This document shows, in pieces, positions 51,082 to 63,506 of a stretch of DNA of 64,000 bases. The stretch is from Octopus vulgaris. Its lineage: Eukaryota. Location of the stretch: assembly GCA_951406725.2 (NCBI GenBank), contig OX597839.1:10230001-10294000 (forward strand). The letters run 5' to 3'. Within the stretch, counting starts at the first letter, position 1, and each line of letters starts with the position of its first letter. A model generated the notes under the pieces. It was not told the origin of the DNA. It saw only the letters and a program-made list of their open reading frames with translations, and did no database searches. The position numbers and the translations under genes were made by a program.

Positions 51082-51389
51082 ACAATCATAGTTGTCGCCG
51101 AGAATTAGATTTCCTTCACAAATACTTATACTTTTTCCAGCGTCCACTGTCGCTGATATTGAAAAAGTGAAATCAAACAATGATAAACATCAAAGTGAGT
51201 TATCTACAGTAGCGGTAACACATCATGACATATATTTGCCATTTCAATATGGCTAGCCCCTAAGGGTGGATGCTACTGTAGTTTTTAGCCCCAGGAGGAC
51301 ACACTCCTCCAGCTGGCCATAGACACACTATCTGTGTCCTGTCAGTATTTGCAAAGGGAAGTCATCCTTCCCGTCTTCAACTTATGATA

Positions 51390-51434
51390 CACACGGACTC
51401 GAGTTTCGAGGTATTGACCTCTCGTCAGCGTGTG
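51390..51434 (-). ncRNA. Type-I hammerhead ribozyme, canonical core (second tandem copy)
   Basis: Identical to 51037-51081 and exactly 353 bp away. Confidence 0.9.
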
Positions 51435-51654
51435 ACAATCATAGTTGTCGCCGAGAATTAGATTTCCTTCACAAATACTTATACTTTTTCCAGCGTCCAC
51501 TGTCGCTGATATTGAAAAAGTGAAATCAAACAATGATAAACATCAAAGTGAGTTATCTACAGTAGCGGTAACACATCGTGACATATATTTGCCATTTCAA
51601 TATGGTATAAGTATTTGTGAAGGAAATCTAATTCTCGGCGACAACTATGATTGT

Positions 51655-51699
51655 CACACGCTGACGAGAGGTCAATACCTCGAAGCTCGAGTCCGTGTG
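51655..51699 (+). ncRNA. Hammerhead ribozyme, inverted copy with a GAAA>GAAG core change
   Basis: CACACG-CTGACGA-GAGGTCAATACCTC-GAAGC-TCGA-GTC-CGTGTG, with G at 51685. Confidence 0.75.
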
Positions 51700-51911
51700 T
51701 ATCATAAGTTGAAGACGGGAAGGATGACTTCCCTTTGCAAATACTGACAGGACACAGATAGTGTGTCTATGGCCAGCTGGAGGAGTGTGTCCTCCTGGGG
51801 CTAAAAACTACAGTAGCATCCACCCTTAGGGGCTAGCCATATTGAAATGGCACATATATGTCACGATGTGTTACCGCTACTGTAGATAACTCACTTTGAT
51901 GTTTATCATTG

Positions 51912-51967
<56 letters not shown>

Positions 51968-52569
51968 TATACGAGTGATTGGCCAAACGAAAGCAGGGTA
52001 CTCAACCAATTTATTGGGAGTTACATGTGTAGATCAAAAGAGTTTGATTCGAATTCGTTGGTGCTCTTGAGTTTCAAGCGTGATGCTAGTCGTTAGCCAT
52101 TTTGAATTTGAATGACAGATGTTGATTGTTATTAGCGTAAGGTGGGCTACGATTGGTTGAGGAAGGTCACGTGGTGTTGTGGTTTGATGTTGGTATGCCG
52201 CATGGTGAACAGGAAATTGACCACGTGGAGGACAAGAAATGGACCACGTGGCGATTAGGAAATCGGTCTGGTTGTTGTTGTTGGGGGAGACAAACACAGA
52301 CACACAAATACATACATATACATATCAGTATATATGCATAAAAAAAAAATATATGTATACGACGGGTTTCTTTTCCATTTCCGTCTAGCAAATCCACTCA
52401 CAAGATTTTGGGTGGCCCAAGGTTATAATAGAAAACAGTCACCAAAGGTTCCAAGCTGTGGGACTGAACCCAGAACCATGTGGTTGGGAAGCTAGCTTCT
52501 TACCACACGAACACTTCCACGCCTTACTGTATAACCTACATACAAACTACTTTAGACATATAACACTGA

Positions 52570-53298
52570 TGTGTGTGTGCGTGTGTGTGCATGTGTGTGC
52601 GTGTGTGTGTATATATGTATGTGTGCGTGTGTGTGTATGTATGTATGTGTGTGTGTGTATGTATGTGTATATGTATGTATGTGTGTATGTAGGTATGTAT
52701 GTGTATGTATGTATGTGTGTGTATGTATGTATGTATGTGTGTGTATGTATGTATGTGTGTATATATGTATGTATGTATGTGTGTATGTATGTATGTAGGT
52801 ATGTGTGTATGTATGTATGTGTGTGTGTATGTATGTATGTATGTGTATGTATGTATGTATGTATGTGTGTATGTATGTATGTGTGTATGTATGTATGTGT
52901 GTGTATGTATGTGTGTATGTATGTGTGTGTGTATGTATGTGTGTATGTATGTGTGTATGTGTGTATGTATGTATGTATGTATGTGTGTATGTATGTATGT
53001 GTGTATGTATGTATGTGTGTGTGTATGTATGTATGTATGTATGTGTGTATGTATGTATGTGTGTATGTATGTATGTATGTGTGTATGTGTGTGTATGTAT
53101 GTGTGTATGTATGTATGTGTGTATGTATGTATGTGTGTATGTATGTATGTATGTATGTATGTATGTATGTATGTATGTATGTATGTATGTATGTATGTAT
53201 GTATGTGTGTATGTATGTATGTGTGTATGTGTGTATGTATGTATGTATGTATGTATGTATGTATGTATGTATGTATGTATGTATGTATGTATGTATGT
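52570..53298. repeat. (GTAT)n/(GT)n array
   Basis: Seen directly. Confidence 0.95.
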
Positions 53299-54673
53299 AG
53301 AAAGAGTGTGCTCAAAGAGTTCTGTTTGATAACATTGACAGCTAAAGATATGGGGAACTCTCAAGATGTCCAGAAATATTCTCCCGAAACTCTTCTCCCC
53401 CAAACCCCCTTAAACCGATCCTCAAATTAACTGATCCCCATCTAAACCCCTTCAAATATCTTTTTAACGTAGTAAACATTGTAAGGTTCTGCTTACAGAA
53501 TTCAATTAAAGTTCATCTAGGGTTTCCCAAGACGGTTTAGTCTTCTCTGTAGGGAACCCGAGTAGCCCCTTATTTCGGATCTTATAGAATTACCTATCAC
53601 ACATATGACCCCTTTTCAATCTACCTGCCCCCTTTAGATTACTCAGTTTTCCTGTCAAAACTCGCATGAGTGAATTAGATGTTAAACACACACACATACA
53701 CACGCACTCACACACACACGCACGCGCGCACACAGACAAACACACACAAGCATACACATATATACATGTATATACACATACATGCATATACACCTACACA
53801 CACATACATACACATGTAGATGTTTACACACATGTATATACAAACCTGTACACACACACAGACACACGCACACACACATACACGTACACAGAAACACACT
53901 CACACACATGCGCACAAGACTCACATTCACACACATGCGCACAAGACTCACATTCACACAAATACACACATGCACAAAAACACCCACACTTACACATACA
54001 GATACGCACATGCACAAACACACCTATGCACACAGACACACACGCACACACACACGCACTCACACACACACAGACACACACACATACAACTTAATGCTTC
54101 GAATTTTGAATGTTGACCTGCTGAACTTCGACATATAAAATTCAAAAGCATCCCCTTTTACAAGTGTTCAAAAGATAACCTAAAGTTCCGAAAAGTTACG
54201 TGGACGTAAACACACCAACATCGGTTGTCAAGCGATGTTGTGGGGACAAACACAGACACAAACACACACACACACAAACACACACACACACGCATACACA
54301 CACATATATATACATATATACGATGGGCTTCTTTCAGTTTCCGCCTACCAAATCCACTCTCAAAGCTTTGGTCGGCCCGAGGCTATAGTGGAAGATACTT
54401 GCCCAAGGTGCCACGCAGTGATTTACATCCAATAGAGTATTTTTTATCTTTTACTTGTTTCAGTCATTGACTGCGGCCGGGCTGGAGCACCGCCTTGAAG
54501 AGTTAAACTCAATAAAAAAAAATTCTCTCCAAAATTAAATGTTTGAAAGAGAAGCAGAGGAACTGCACTTTGTCAAAAGGGCTGGAAAGGGAAACAGAGA
54601 GAATATTCATTTAGCTTTCGTGGATACGAAACCTTTGCTAACTCTATGACTAGAATTTAACTTTTAGTTTTAA

Positions 54674-55067
54674 TTAGCAGTATCGCCCGGCGTTACTCGG
54701 GTTTGTTTCGACCCTTTAGAATTGGAATTTTTTTGAAAAGTAAAAATTTTGCATTATATAGCTTGTTATTCTCTTTAAGTTGAACATTTTTCTGGTTGAA
54801 ATACACCCAAAAATGGCGACAAAGCAGTCAAAAAATCGTAAAAAATAGGGATTTTCATAGAAAAAAGCACCTTTTCGATGTAAATAATTTTTGGTGTTAA
54901 CATGATCCGATTTGAATTTTTTCTTCTATGAAAGGAAGAACAAGCCTTCTTCTATCATACTCTGAATTTTGGTCAACTTGCACCGCAGGGTCTCGGAGGA
55001 GATAGTGTTAGTTGAAGGCTACCAAACCTGCCATACACAGACAACTTCAGCTTTATATATAGAGAGA
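54674..55067 (-). mobile_element. Non-autonomous Helitron with the same termini as 9249-9705 but a different interior
   Basis: tagcagtatcgcccggcgttactcgggtttgt at one end and acaacttcagctttatatatagagaga at the other. Confidence 0.75.
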
Positions 55068-55359
55068 TAATTACTGTTCTATTCTTTAGAGTGTGCTTAT
55101 TTTCTGATACATGTTTTATTGATTATGTGTGTGTGGTCACTGCTTGACAACCAGTGTTAGTGTGTTTACGTTCCCGTACCTTAGCGGTTCGGCAAAAGAT
55201 GTCGATAGAATAAGTACTAGGCTTAAAAAAAAGATGTGTACTGGGGTTGATTCATTTGGCTTAACATTCTTCAAGGCGGTGCTCCAGCCTGGCCGCAATC
55301 AATGACTGAAATAAGTAAAAGATAAAAGATACGGTCTTAAACTAATTTGGATGTAAATC

Positions 55360-55464
55360 ACTGCGTGGCACCTTGGGCAAGTGTCTTCTACTATAGCCTT
55401 GGGCCAACCAAAGCCTTGTGAGTGGATTTGGTAGACGGAAACTGAAAGAAGCCCGTCGTATATA

Positions 55465-55539
<75 letters not shown>

Positions 55540-55750
55540 ATTTGTGTCTGTGTTTGTCCCCACAACATCGCTTGACAAACGATACTGGTGTGTTTACGTC
55601 CCCGTAACTTAGCGGCTCGGCAAAAGAAACCAATAGAATAAGTACTAGGCTTACAAAGAATAAGTCCTGGGGTCGATTTGCTCGACTAAAGGCGGTGCTC
55701 CAGCATGGCCACAGTCAAATGACTGAAACAAGTAAAAGAGTAAAAGAGTA
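55360..55750 (+). mobile_element. SINE family A, headless
   Basis: cactgcgtggcaccttgggcaagtgtc through (taaaagag)n. Confidence 0.9.
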
Positions 55751-56548
55751 TATAAATACACACGCCTTTCCCTTGGACAACACCAAAGGAAATAAAACTT
55801 GTATGGATGGGCAACTGCAGGTTTTGCACAACCTTGTCCGGGTTTGTGCCTCAGAGGGCTATTTTGTAGGTGCAATCCTATGGTCATTCGTGACCGAAGG
55901 GGTTCTTTACCTTTTTAGTCTTTTTAAATACAAACGCATATATTTATGCACACACATGATGGTAGTTCTTGTCCGAAGACTATGAGAGAAAGAGAGACTG
56001 CCTACATGCGGAATTGAGGCTGTGACTGCCAGTACCATCGGTACCTTTCAGTTTCGTCTCTTCTCCATTGCTGCAGAGCATTTTTTCCCTGTTTGTACTT
56101 AGTGGTTTTAAAGTGAAAGTAGTCCATACACTCCGAACACAATTTTTATACTTGAAGGTCTGACCACAGTGGATCTGGGTCGCTAAGACAGTTACAATGA
56201 CCAGCAAACTGTACGTTTTACATTGGTGTGACCTTCTCCTTACAGGGTTGGATAGATTCACCTGTCCTGGTGGTACTCTCTGTAGGATGTCAAAGAAGGC
56301 ACTGAACCGCCTTATGAATTCCGCCCCTTGATTTGCTGTCAATATTGACTCACCCAACATTTTCGTTTCCCAAGCGACTCACAAAACTGTGATGGTTTCT
56401 GTTTGGGGTTTCTTCCATCCCATACTAATCCACCCGCAGCCGGGACTATAACAGGTTCCACTAGAGTAGACTTAGGAACAATAATGGATAAGACGTGGTT
56501 CCACACGCCTCAAAACCCTGGAACACCTACCGAACATAGACAGACATG

Positions 56549-56621
<73 letters not shown>

Positions 56622-56860
56622 GCACACAAACTTCCATTTTCCCGAGCGTCAAACTAATACACTTGCTTGTTGTTCCTATACCTGTCTTCGTCTTTGGGCG
56701 ATCCTTCGGTATAACTACACACGTAGCTTTGTTTACATTTCTGAAGATAACAGAAACCCTTTTCTCCAACCCCTAACCCTAACCCCCCATATATAAAAAA
56801 AAACACTTTCTTGAAATGTATCCGGTACTTCAGGTAATTATACCGAAGTTACGCCATATA

Positions 56861-56891
<31 letters not shown>

Positions 56892-56942
56892 ACTGTTTGC
56901 AATCTTTCATCAAAAAGGAGAATAATAATAGTCACTAAATGC

Positions 56943-57220
56943 GACTTGGGTGTTAGGAAACACCTACATTGCTAGAAATAAGAGCTAAAGCGCTCTAACG
57001 CTGTAGTTAACGCATATGAATGAAAACATGTACACTGTCTTAACTGACGAAGCAACGGAAATTGATGAAACTGACGTCAGTATTAAGAATTCTCGATCGC
57101 CACTTTTCGGGCGATTATGGTCCCTGTTAGTGTATGTTTTCATTCATTGGCATTAACTACAGCATTAGAGTGCTTTAGCTCTTATTTCGAGCAGTGTAGA
57201 TGTTTCCTAACACCCAAGTC
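56943..57220. mobile_element. MITE-like fold-back with about 95-bp imperfect arms
   Basis: gacttgggtgttaggaaacacctaca..gaaataagagctaaagc / gctttagctcttatttc..tgtagatgtttcctaacacccaagtc. Confidence 0.75.
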
Positions 57221-57248
57221 TGACGCGCGCGCACACACACACACACAT

Positions 57249-57339
<91 letters not shown>

Positions 57340-57813
57340 CCCTTGTCAGGGCGGCAGTTTCACATAGAGATATATCTGGAAATGACATTGGCAGCGTCGT
57401 TTGTGTCGCCACTGTCGCCAGTGTTGTTAGCGTAGAAGGAAGAGCAGTGTCATGGGTGACACGTCACATAACTGGTGACATGACATGACGGTGAAGAGCA
57501 AGTCAAGTCGTAATGGAATGTTATGTGATATGTGGATGACAAAACAATTGTCAGAAACTAGAAGAGTCTGCAAGCATCACACTTGTCCGACAGGTCATCA
57601 ACTGCAAGCAAAACTGCCCCCGCACCCACAATTACTGCCATTACCCCCACTAGGATTGTCATCGACACCATCATCATCATCATCATCATCATTAACATAG
57701 CATCGTTAACCCCCTCCGTCTCCCTAAAAAGCCAATACATAGTAATGTAGATTAGACACACAGCAAATACATGTTTGAATCCGTCCGTATCAACTGGGAA
57801 GTCTGATTTTGCG

Positions 57814-57889
<76 letters not shown>

Positions 57890-59689
57890 TCTTCAGGAGC
57901 AAACCACTATCATAACGAACTAAATAAACTGAATAATAGAAGAAACTTTAAAAAATACTGAGGAGGCAGCATATAGAAAACACAGACAGTAAACAACGAA
58001 AAACGGAAAGCTAAAGACGGAAACTGTAAAAAAAAAAAGTAAAATAAAAGTTAAAAGAGCTATCCTCCTTAGAGCTTAAATGATAAGGCTGGAAACATAT
58101 CATAGAGTCTATGTAGTACCTTATAATAGCGTCAGATGGGGTAAGTGTTACGTATTCAGTACGAATACGGGCCGCGAAAGCTTGGCCCGTCGATCCTTTC
58201 CGTTACAACAACAACAACAACAACAATAATAGCAATAGCAATAGCAACAAGAGCAAGAACACCAACACTTTTAGGGCTGTTGGAAGGGAGTAAGCCTTGG
58301 GCTACACAGCAAAAACAATAACAACACAGCTCCAGTACTATGGACATATGGTTAGCATATCGCAAAGAAAGAATCGTGAGAAGGATTCTTCAAGCCGAAC
58401 CAACTTCCAGGAGACATGAGGGTAGAGCAAGTTGGGGATCCAGCTGGAAAGTCTGGTGACGGTTGCTTCTGATAGGATACAATGGACCCTACTCACACAA
58501 CCTTTCCAGGAATCGTGGATGAATGGATGGATGGATGGATGAATGGACGGATGGAAAACCAGTTGTTATTGTTCTTGAGAAATGGAACGTTAAATGAGAT
58601 CAGGCGTAATTCGAACCAAAAAGTCGTAGACAACAAAGTGGTATTAATTCCGTCTAATTCAGTGTCTAACGAAAATATTTAGATTTTAATTTTTTGCAAT
58701 GAACGGAACTATGGTATGGAAACATGCCATACATTCCAGCGATTAGTTTATTTTAAAAATATTATGTTTGTGTTTAAAATTCAAACACTTTAATGTAAAC
58801 GGTCAGATTGCTTCGTCAGTATTTCATATCCGTGATTAAAATACACTGGCGAAAATAAATTTAAGACCGATGATAAAATTTCCATAGAATTTTGTTTTCA
58901 CTTAGCGAATTCAATGCCGAGGCGTTTTTCAGTCGTTATTAAGAATAAAGGCTACGGCACAAAGTGCTAATATGTATTTCGTTCTTGTTGCTCATTTTTG
59001 TTACAATCTTCAGCTTTAAATAAAATTATAATGATACGGTCTTAAACTAATTTTACCGGTAAATTTGAAACGTTTATATTAATTTAGCATTAGAATTCTT
59101 CAAGTTGTATAAAAATAGCTATTGTCTTCATCATTCGAAAGAGAAATAAATTCTGCATAAGGTGTAAAAGATAAAAATAATTTGTATGGTGTTAGTAACA
59201 AAATATTTTGTAAGAAATAGAACTTTTATCTTCGGTCTTAAATTTATTTTCGCCGGTGTATATGGAATGATGTCCTGGTTGCAATCCGACGGTAGTTGTT
59301 TGTTCCTTCTCGAGCCATGCTTGGCTCATAAGGGCCGGTTTCCCGGTTTCTTGGCGTACAGGTTTCCCTCCTGGACGGGACGCTGGTCTGTCGCAGGTGA
59401 GCTGCAAGATGCAGGAGGAAAGAGTAAGAGAAAGTTGTGGCGAAAGAATCAGCAGAAGTTCGCCATTACCTTCTGCCGGAGCCGCGTGGAGCTTAGGTGT
59501 TTCGTTAGGTGTTTGCCTCTTTACATGCTGATTTTGAATTCCATTGAGGTCAAATTTGTTTTCCATTCTTTTGAGGTTGATAAAATAAAGTACCAGGCAA
59601 GATGTTCTAAACTCCCTCCTCTTAAGATTTTGGTTTTGTGCCGATGTTAGAAAACTTTGTTACATAAACCAACTTTCGTCGAAAGATCA

Positions 59690-59802
59690 TATATAACCGT
59701 TTATAGTTCTTTACTTTAACCTTGTCTATCACAAGGTGATCCTTGGTGCCCTTGAATCTTTTTCGGCATCCCTTTTGTTCTTCTGGCAGTAGATTGTTTT
59801 CC
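59690..59802 (-). pseudogene. R4/Dong-type RT N-terminal fragment
   Basis: ENNLLPEEQKGCRKRFKGTKDHLVIDK, matching the EQKG...GTKD.L.IDK motif. Confidence 0.65.
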
Positions 59803-59804
59803 AC

Positions 59805-60012
59805 CGGCGAGATGGCAGAATCATTAGCACACCGGGCAAAGTGCTTAGCGGCATTTCGTCCGGCTTTACGTTTTGAGTTCAAATTCCTCCGTAGTCGACT
59901 TTGCCTTTCATCATTTCGGAATCGATAAATTAAGTACTAGTGAAACACTGGGGTCGATGTGATCGACTAGTCCCCTTCTCGCAACTTCAACTCTTGTGCC
60001 TATAGTAAAAAG
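59805..60012 (+). mobile_element. SINE family B with a (TTA)n tail
   Basis: ggcgagatggcagaatcattagc head, gtcgactttgcctttcatc core, ending gtaaaaaggattattatt. Confidence 0.85.
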
Positions 60013-60013
60013 G

Positions 60014-60073
<60 letters not shown>

Positions 60074-60283
60074 TTCCACTTGAGACTTATTCTTTTTTCA
60101 AAGCGTCTCCTCTATTGGGAGTTTTTTGTAAATTGTTGAATTTTTTCGTTGTTGTAAAGCTTGTTTACACGGACTTTTTTCTTTCGAAAAACGGACAAAA
60201 CCTTTTGTAACCTTTCGTCCTGTTTTGTCCCTTTATGTTTTCCAATCATGTTTGTCAGCCCTTGTGGCCAATAAAAAGAATTA

Positions 60284-60337
<54 letters not shown>

Positions 60338-60357
60338 GTTGTTGTTGTTGTTATTAT

Positions 60358-61418
60358 TGTCTTTGCACAGCTTCTAACGCTGGAGATGTACTACGGTGTC
60401 ATCTGTTCACTACCAGTGAACTAAGGTAACACCTCTTATTTTTCGAGCATCTTCTGGAGTATTCGAGCGGTTCCAAGCAGTGCTGTTTTCTGCAAGTGCT
60501 CCACCCTTATTGCAGCTCATATTTGTTCCATGTACTTCTTAAGATTTTTATTCACTGTTCCCAGGGCACCGACAATTATTGGTACTACTACCACCTTTTT
60601 CATCGACCACAACTATTTAACTTCCCAAGCTAACCTGTCGTATCTCTCAATTTTTCTTTCTTCCTTATCGCATACCTTATTGTCAGCTGGGCATGCTACA
60701 TCTATGATCCAGCTTAGTCTGTTTTCTTTCTCAATTAAGACTATGTCTGGCTTCCTATTCTCAATCTCATGGTCGTACTGAATCATAAAATCCCACAGGA
60801 TCTTTGCATTTCTGTTTTCGACGATACCTTCAGGTATGTTCGTACCAATTTTTTGTTCTGTCAAGTCCATACTTGTTGCAAAGTGTCCAATGGACATTCT
60901 TTACTATATTGCCGTGGCGTCTCTTATATTCTTTCTGGGCTAGTGGTGTACATTGGCTGGTAATATGCCATACGGTTTCACCATTTTGTCCACAGATTCT
61001 GCACTTATCACTTTCTGATGTGTTGTCTATTCTTTATTTTATGTAGTTTGTTCTTAATGCTTGCTCTTAGGCAGCACAGATCATAGCCTCCCTTTTCCGG
61101 TTTTAAATCACTTTTAGTCATCCACAGTCGTCTTTTTTCTGTTTGTCTTATCTTCAACATTCCTATGAAATTGTCCATGCATTATTTTCTTTACTCACCT
61201 ATTTTCAGTTTCATTCTTTTTTAATTTTTTAATTGCTTGTACAGTGTTTTATTTTTTGTAATCTTTCATCCTACACAATCCTGACCTTCCTACTTCTAAT
61301 AATAACGGTTCTACAGCATTTTTACATACCATGCTATGTTGTTTTCTTCTGCTCTAATGCTGTGTTTGCATCCAATAAGTCCTCTTCCCCCTCTTTTTCT
61401 TGGTACGTACAGTCTGTC

Positions 61419-61420
<2 letters not shown>
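60358..61420 (-). mobile_element. R4/Dong-clade non-LTR retrotransposon 3' part, inserted in (TAA)n
   Basis: LYVPRKRGGRGL, MHGQF, ALRTNY, CRICG..ETV.HI, KILWDFMIQ..RKPDIVL..IIDVACP..KIERY and VVPIIVGALG motifs, with stops and frameshifts. (TTA)n lies on both flanks. Confidence 0.88.
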
Positions 61421-61488
<68 letters not shown>

Positions 61489-61489
61489 G

Positions 61490-63400
61490 TGTTTACAACT
61501 TTAGACCTATAACTCTGCTGAATGCAGAATTCAAAATTTTGGCCAAGGTGTTAGCTACGTGGTTGGCGCTTGTCGTCGGGGATCTGGTAGGGAAAGCACA
61601 AACATGCACGATCTGGAAAAGATCCATCCACGACAACCTCCACCGCATACGAAACATCATTGAGAAAGTGGCTAAAGAGCCTGACACGGGTTGGGCCCTG
61701 ATCAGTTTGGATCAGTCTAAAGCTTTCGGTAGGGTCAACCATCTATGCCTGGCGGCGGTTCTCAGGGCAGCTGGTTTCGTGCCTGTATTCAAGGGCTGGA
61801 TCGCTGCAATGCACAGCAACATCTGTTCAGTGGTCAGAGTGAACGGTCGCCTCTCAGAGCCGTTCAATATCATGCGCTCGATCCGGTAACGTTGCTTCCT
61901 TTCGTCTCTCTTGTACTTACTGACTCTCAAGCCACTACTACACAAACTCTAGGCGTTGAGAGGAATCCCGCGTGACCTAGGATGTGAGAGATGCGTGTCG
62001 GATCGTAGGGGTGTTAGATTATAAACAGAGAAATGATCTGCACAGCTCTCAGGGAGTACGAGGCGGTTTCAGGAGCGATGATTAACCAGGAAAAATCAGT
62101 AAGCTTGCGTCTCGGTACCTGGAGAAGCAAGTTCCTGCTGTCGAACTGAGACGTTGGGCGCTGGACGGAGGGGCCGGTTAAATTGCTCGGGGTCTGGTTC
62201 GGTCCGGACCTCCAGATGGACAAAATCTGGGACGAGGTAACGAGTAGCGTGACTACTCTCACCCAGAAATGGGCTGAGAGAAAGCTATCCCGGGAAGGTT
62301 GGGCAGAGGTGGCTAACGCGTATATCGCGTCCGTTATCTACTATCGCTTGACCATCGTACCTTGCCCCGGTTTGATTTCGCTGGAGTGTATACTCTTCTG
62401 CTTCTTGTGGAAGGGACGCATCTCGATGATCAGGTGGTCTATCTGCTGTCCAACATCCGCTGGGTGCTGGCTTGGGCTTGCCGTGGTCGATGATTCGCAG
62501 ACATGCAACGAGACTACATTTCCATCGCTTCCTTGACGGTGAACAGGTGTGGTCGCCGTTCGCCAGACACATATTTCCGCAGCTAGTTTCCCCAACAGAG
62601 CTGCAGTCCTGGGTAAAACAGAGACCGATGGGGAGCAATTGGAAAGTGGAATGACTTCAAGCGCTCGCAGCCCTGAGTCAATCGGAACGTCCACTTTTAT
62701 AGAGGATTAGTGGAAGGAAAATGCGACGACGTTCTTGGGCGTCGAAGAAGATCAGCCGGTCACTCTTTTCCGAAGAACTTTCGGGCTGGGACCGTTGGAT
62801 AATTTCCAAAGTCTCTGGTCTGGCAGTGCTACCGGGGAGCTTTGCCTGTTCGAGATAAACTTTACAGGCGGCTGAGCGTGTCCGAGATGCGCGCAGGACG
62901 ACGAGACGGTCCTGCATACACTTGTCGAGTGTCCGAGCATTCCTGACCTGTGGGTTCATGTCGAACACCTGCTGTCGCGTGTAGGACGGATCCGGCTGTC
63001 AACTGAATCCATCGTGAAAAGCGCCCCGCTGCCTTCCTTAACTAGGAAGGAAAGGCTAGCGAACGAGTTTGTATGATGGATGAGATTGAAGGGGCTGGAG
63101 ACAAACACTTTTCTCTTTGGCCAATCCCTAATCAACTTCTTGAAGTTTCACTTGAAAAGAAAAATAAGAGTAGAGAGGGAAGCGTTGTCTTCTAACCAGT
63201 TTGCTGAAAGGTGGATGGAAGTGGTGAGAATGATGCGAGTGAACGGACCTGCCCTGAGCATACGCCTGTAGTTGAAAAAAAGGTAAAAAGGAAACTACCC
63301 CAAACGTCAGGGTACTCATGGTCTTTATGGGGTTTTTCCATGAGCAGCCCTCGAACATCTCCCAATTGAGGATTACACGTTCTTGACTTAAAAAAAAAAA
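61490..63400 (+). mobile_element. Tx1/L1-clade LINE, 5'-truncated and degenerate
   Basis: NFRPITLLNAEFKILAKVLA...SIHDNL...SLDQSKAF.RV (RT motifs), INQEKS, KLLGVWFG and ETVLHTLVECP. A-run at about 63390. Confidence 0.9.
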
Positions 63401-63506
63401 ATTTTGTTAGTCTTCTTTACATGCAAAGTCCTCACAACACACAACACATTTTAAAAAATTTTCTCCTGTACACTCCATAATGTTTTTCTTAATGTAAACC
63501 CTTGTA

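Larger units (their letters stand above)
50872..51913 (-). mobile_element. Retrozyme-like element: 353-bp tandem unit (about 2.1 copies) plus an inverted partial copy, in (TA)n
   Basis: Units start at 50873, 51226 and 51579. Segment 51605-51913 is the reverse complement of about 51176-51484. Each full unit and the inverted copy carry one type-I HHR. Confidence 0.88.

Noticed and set aside
50989-51747. Repeated 63-aa ORF (MFDFTFSIS...)
   Set aside because: It starts at a non-ATG codon, overlaps the HHR cleavage site, has no recognisable domain, and is repeated only because the unit is duplicated.
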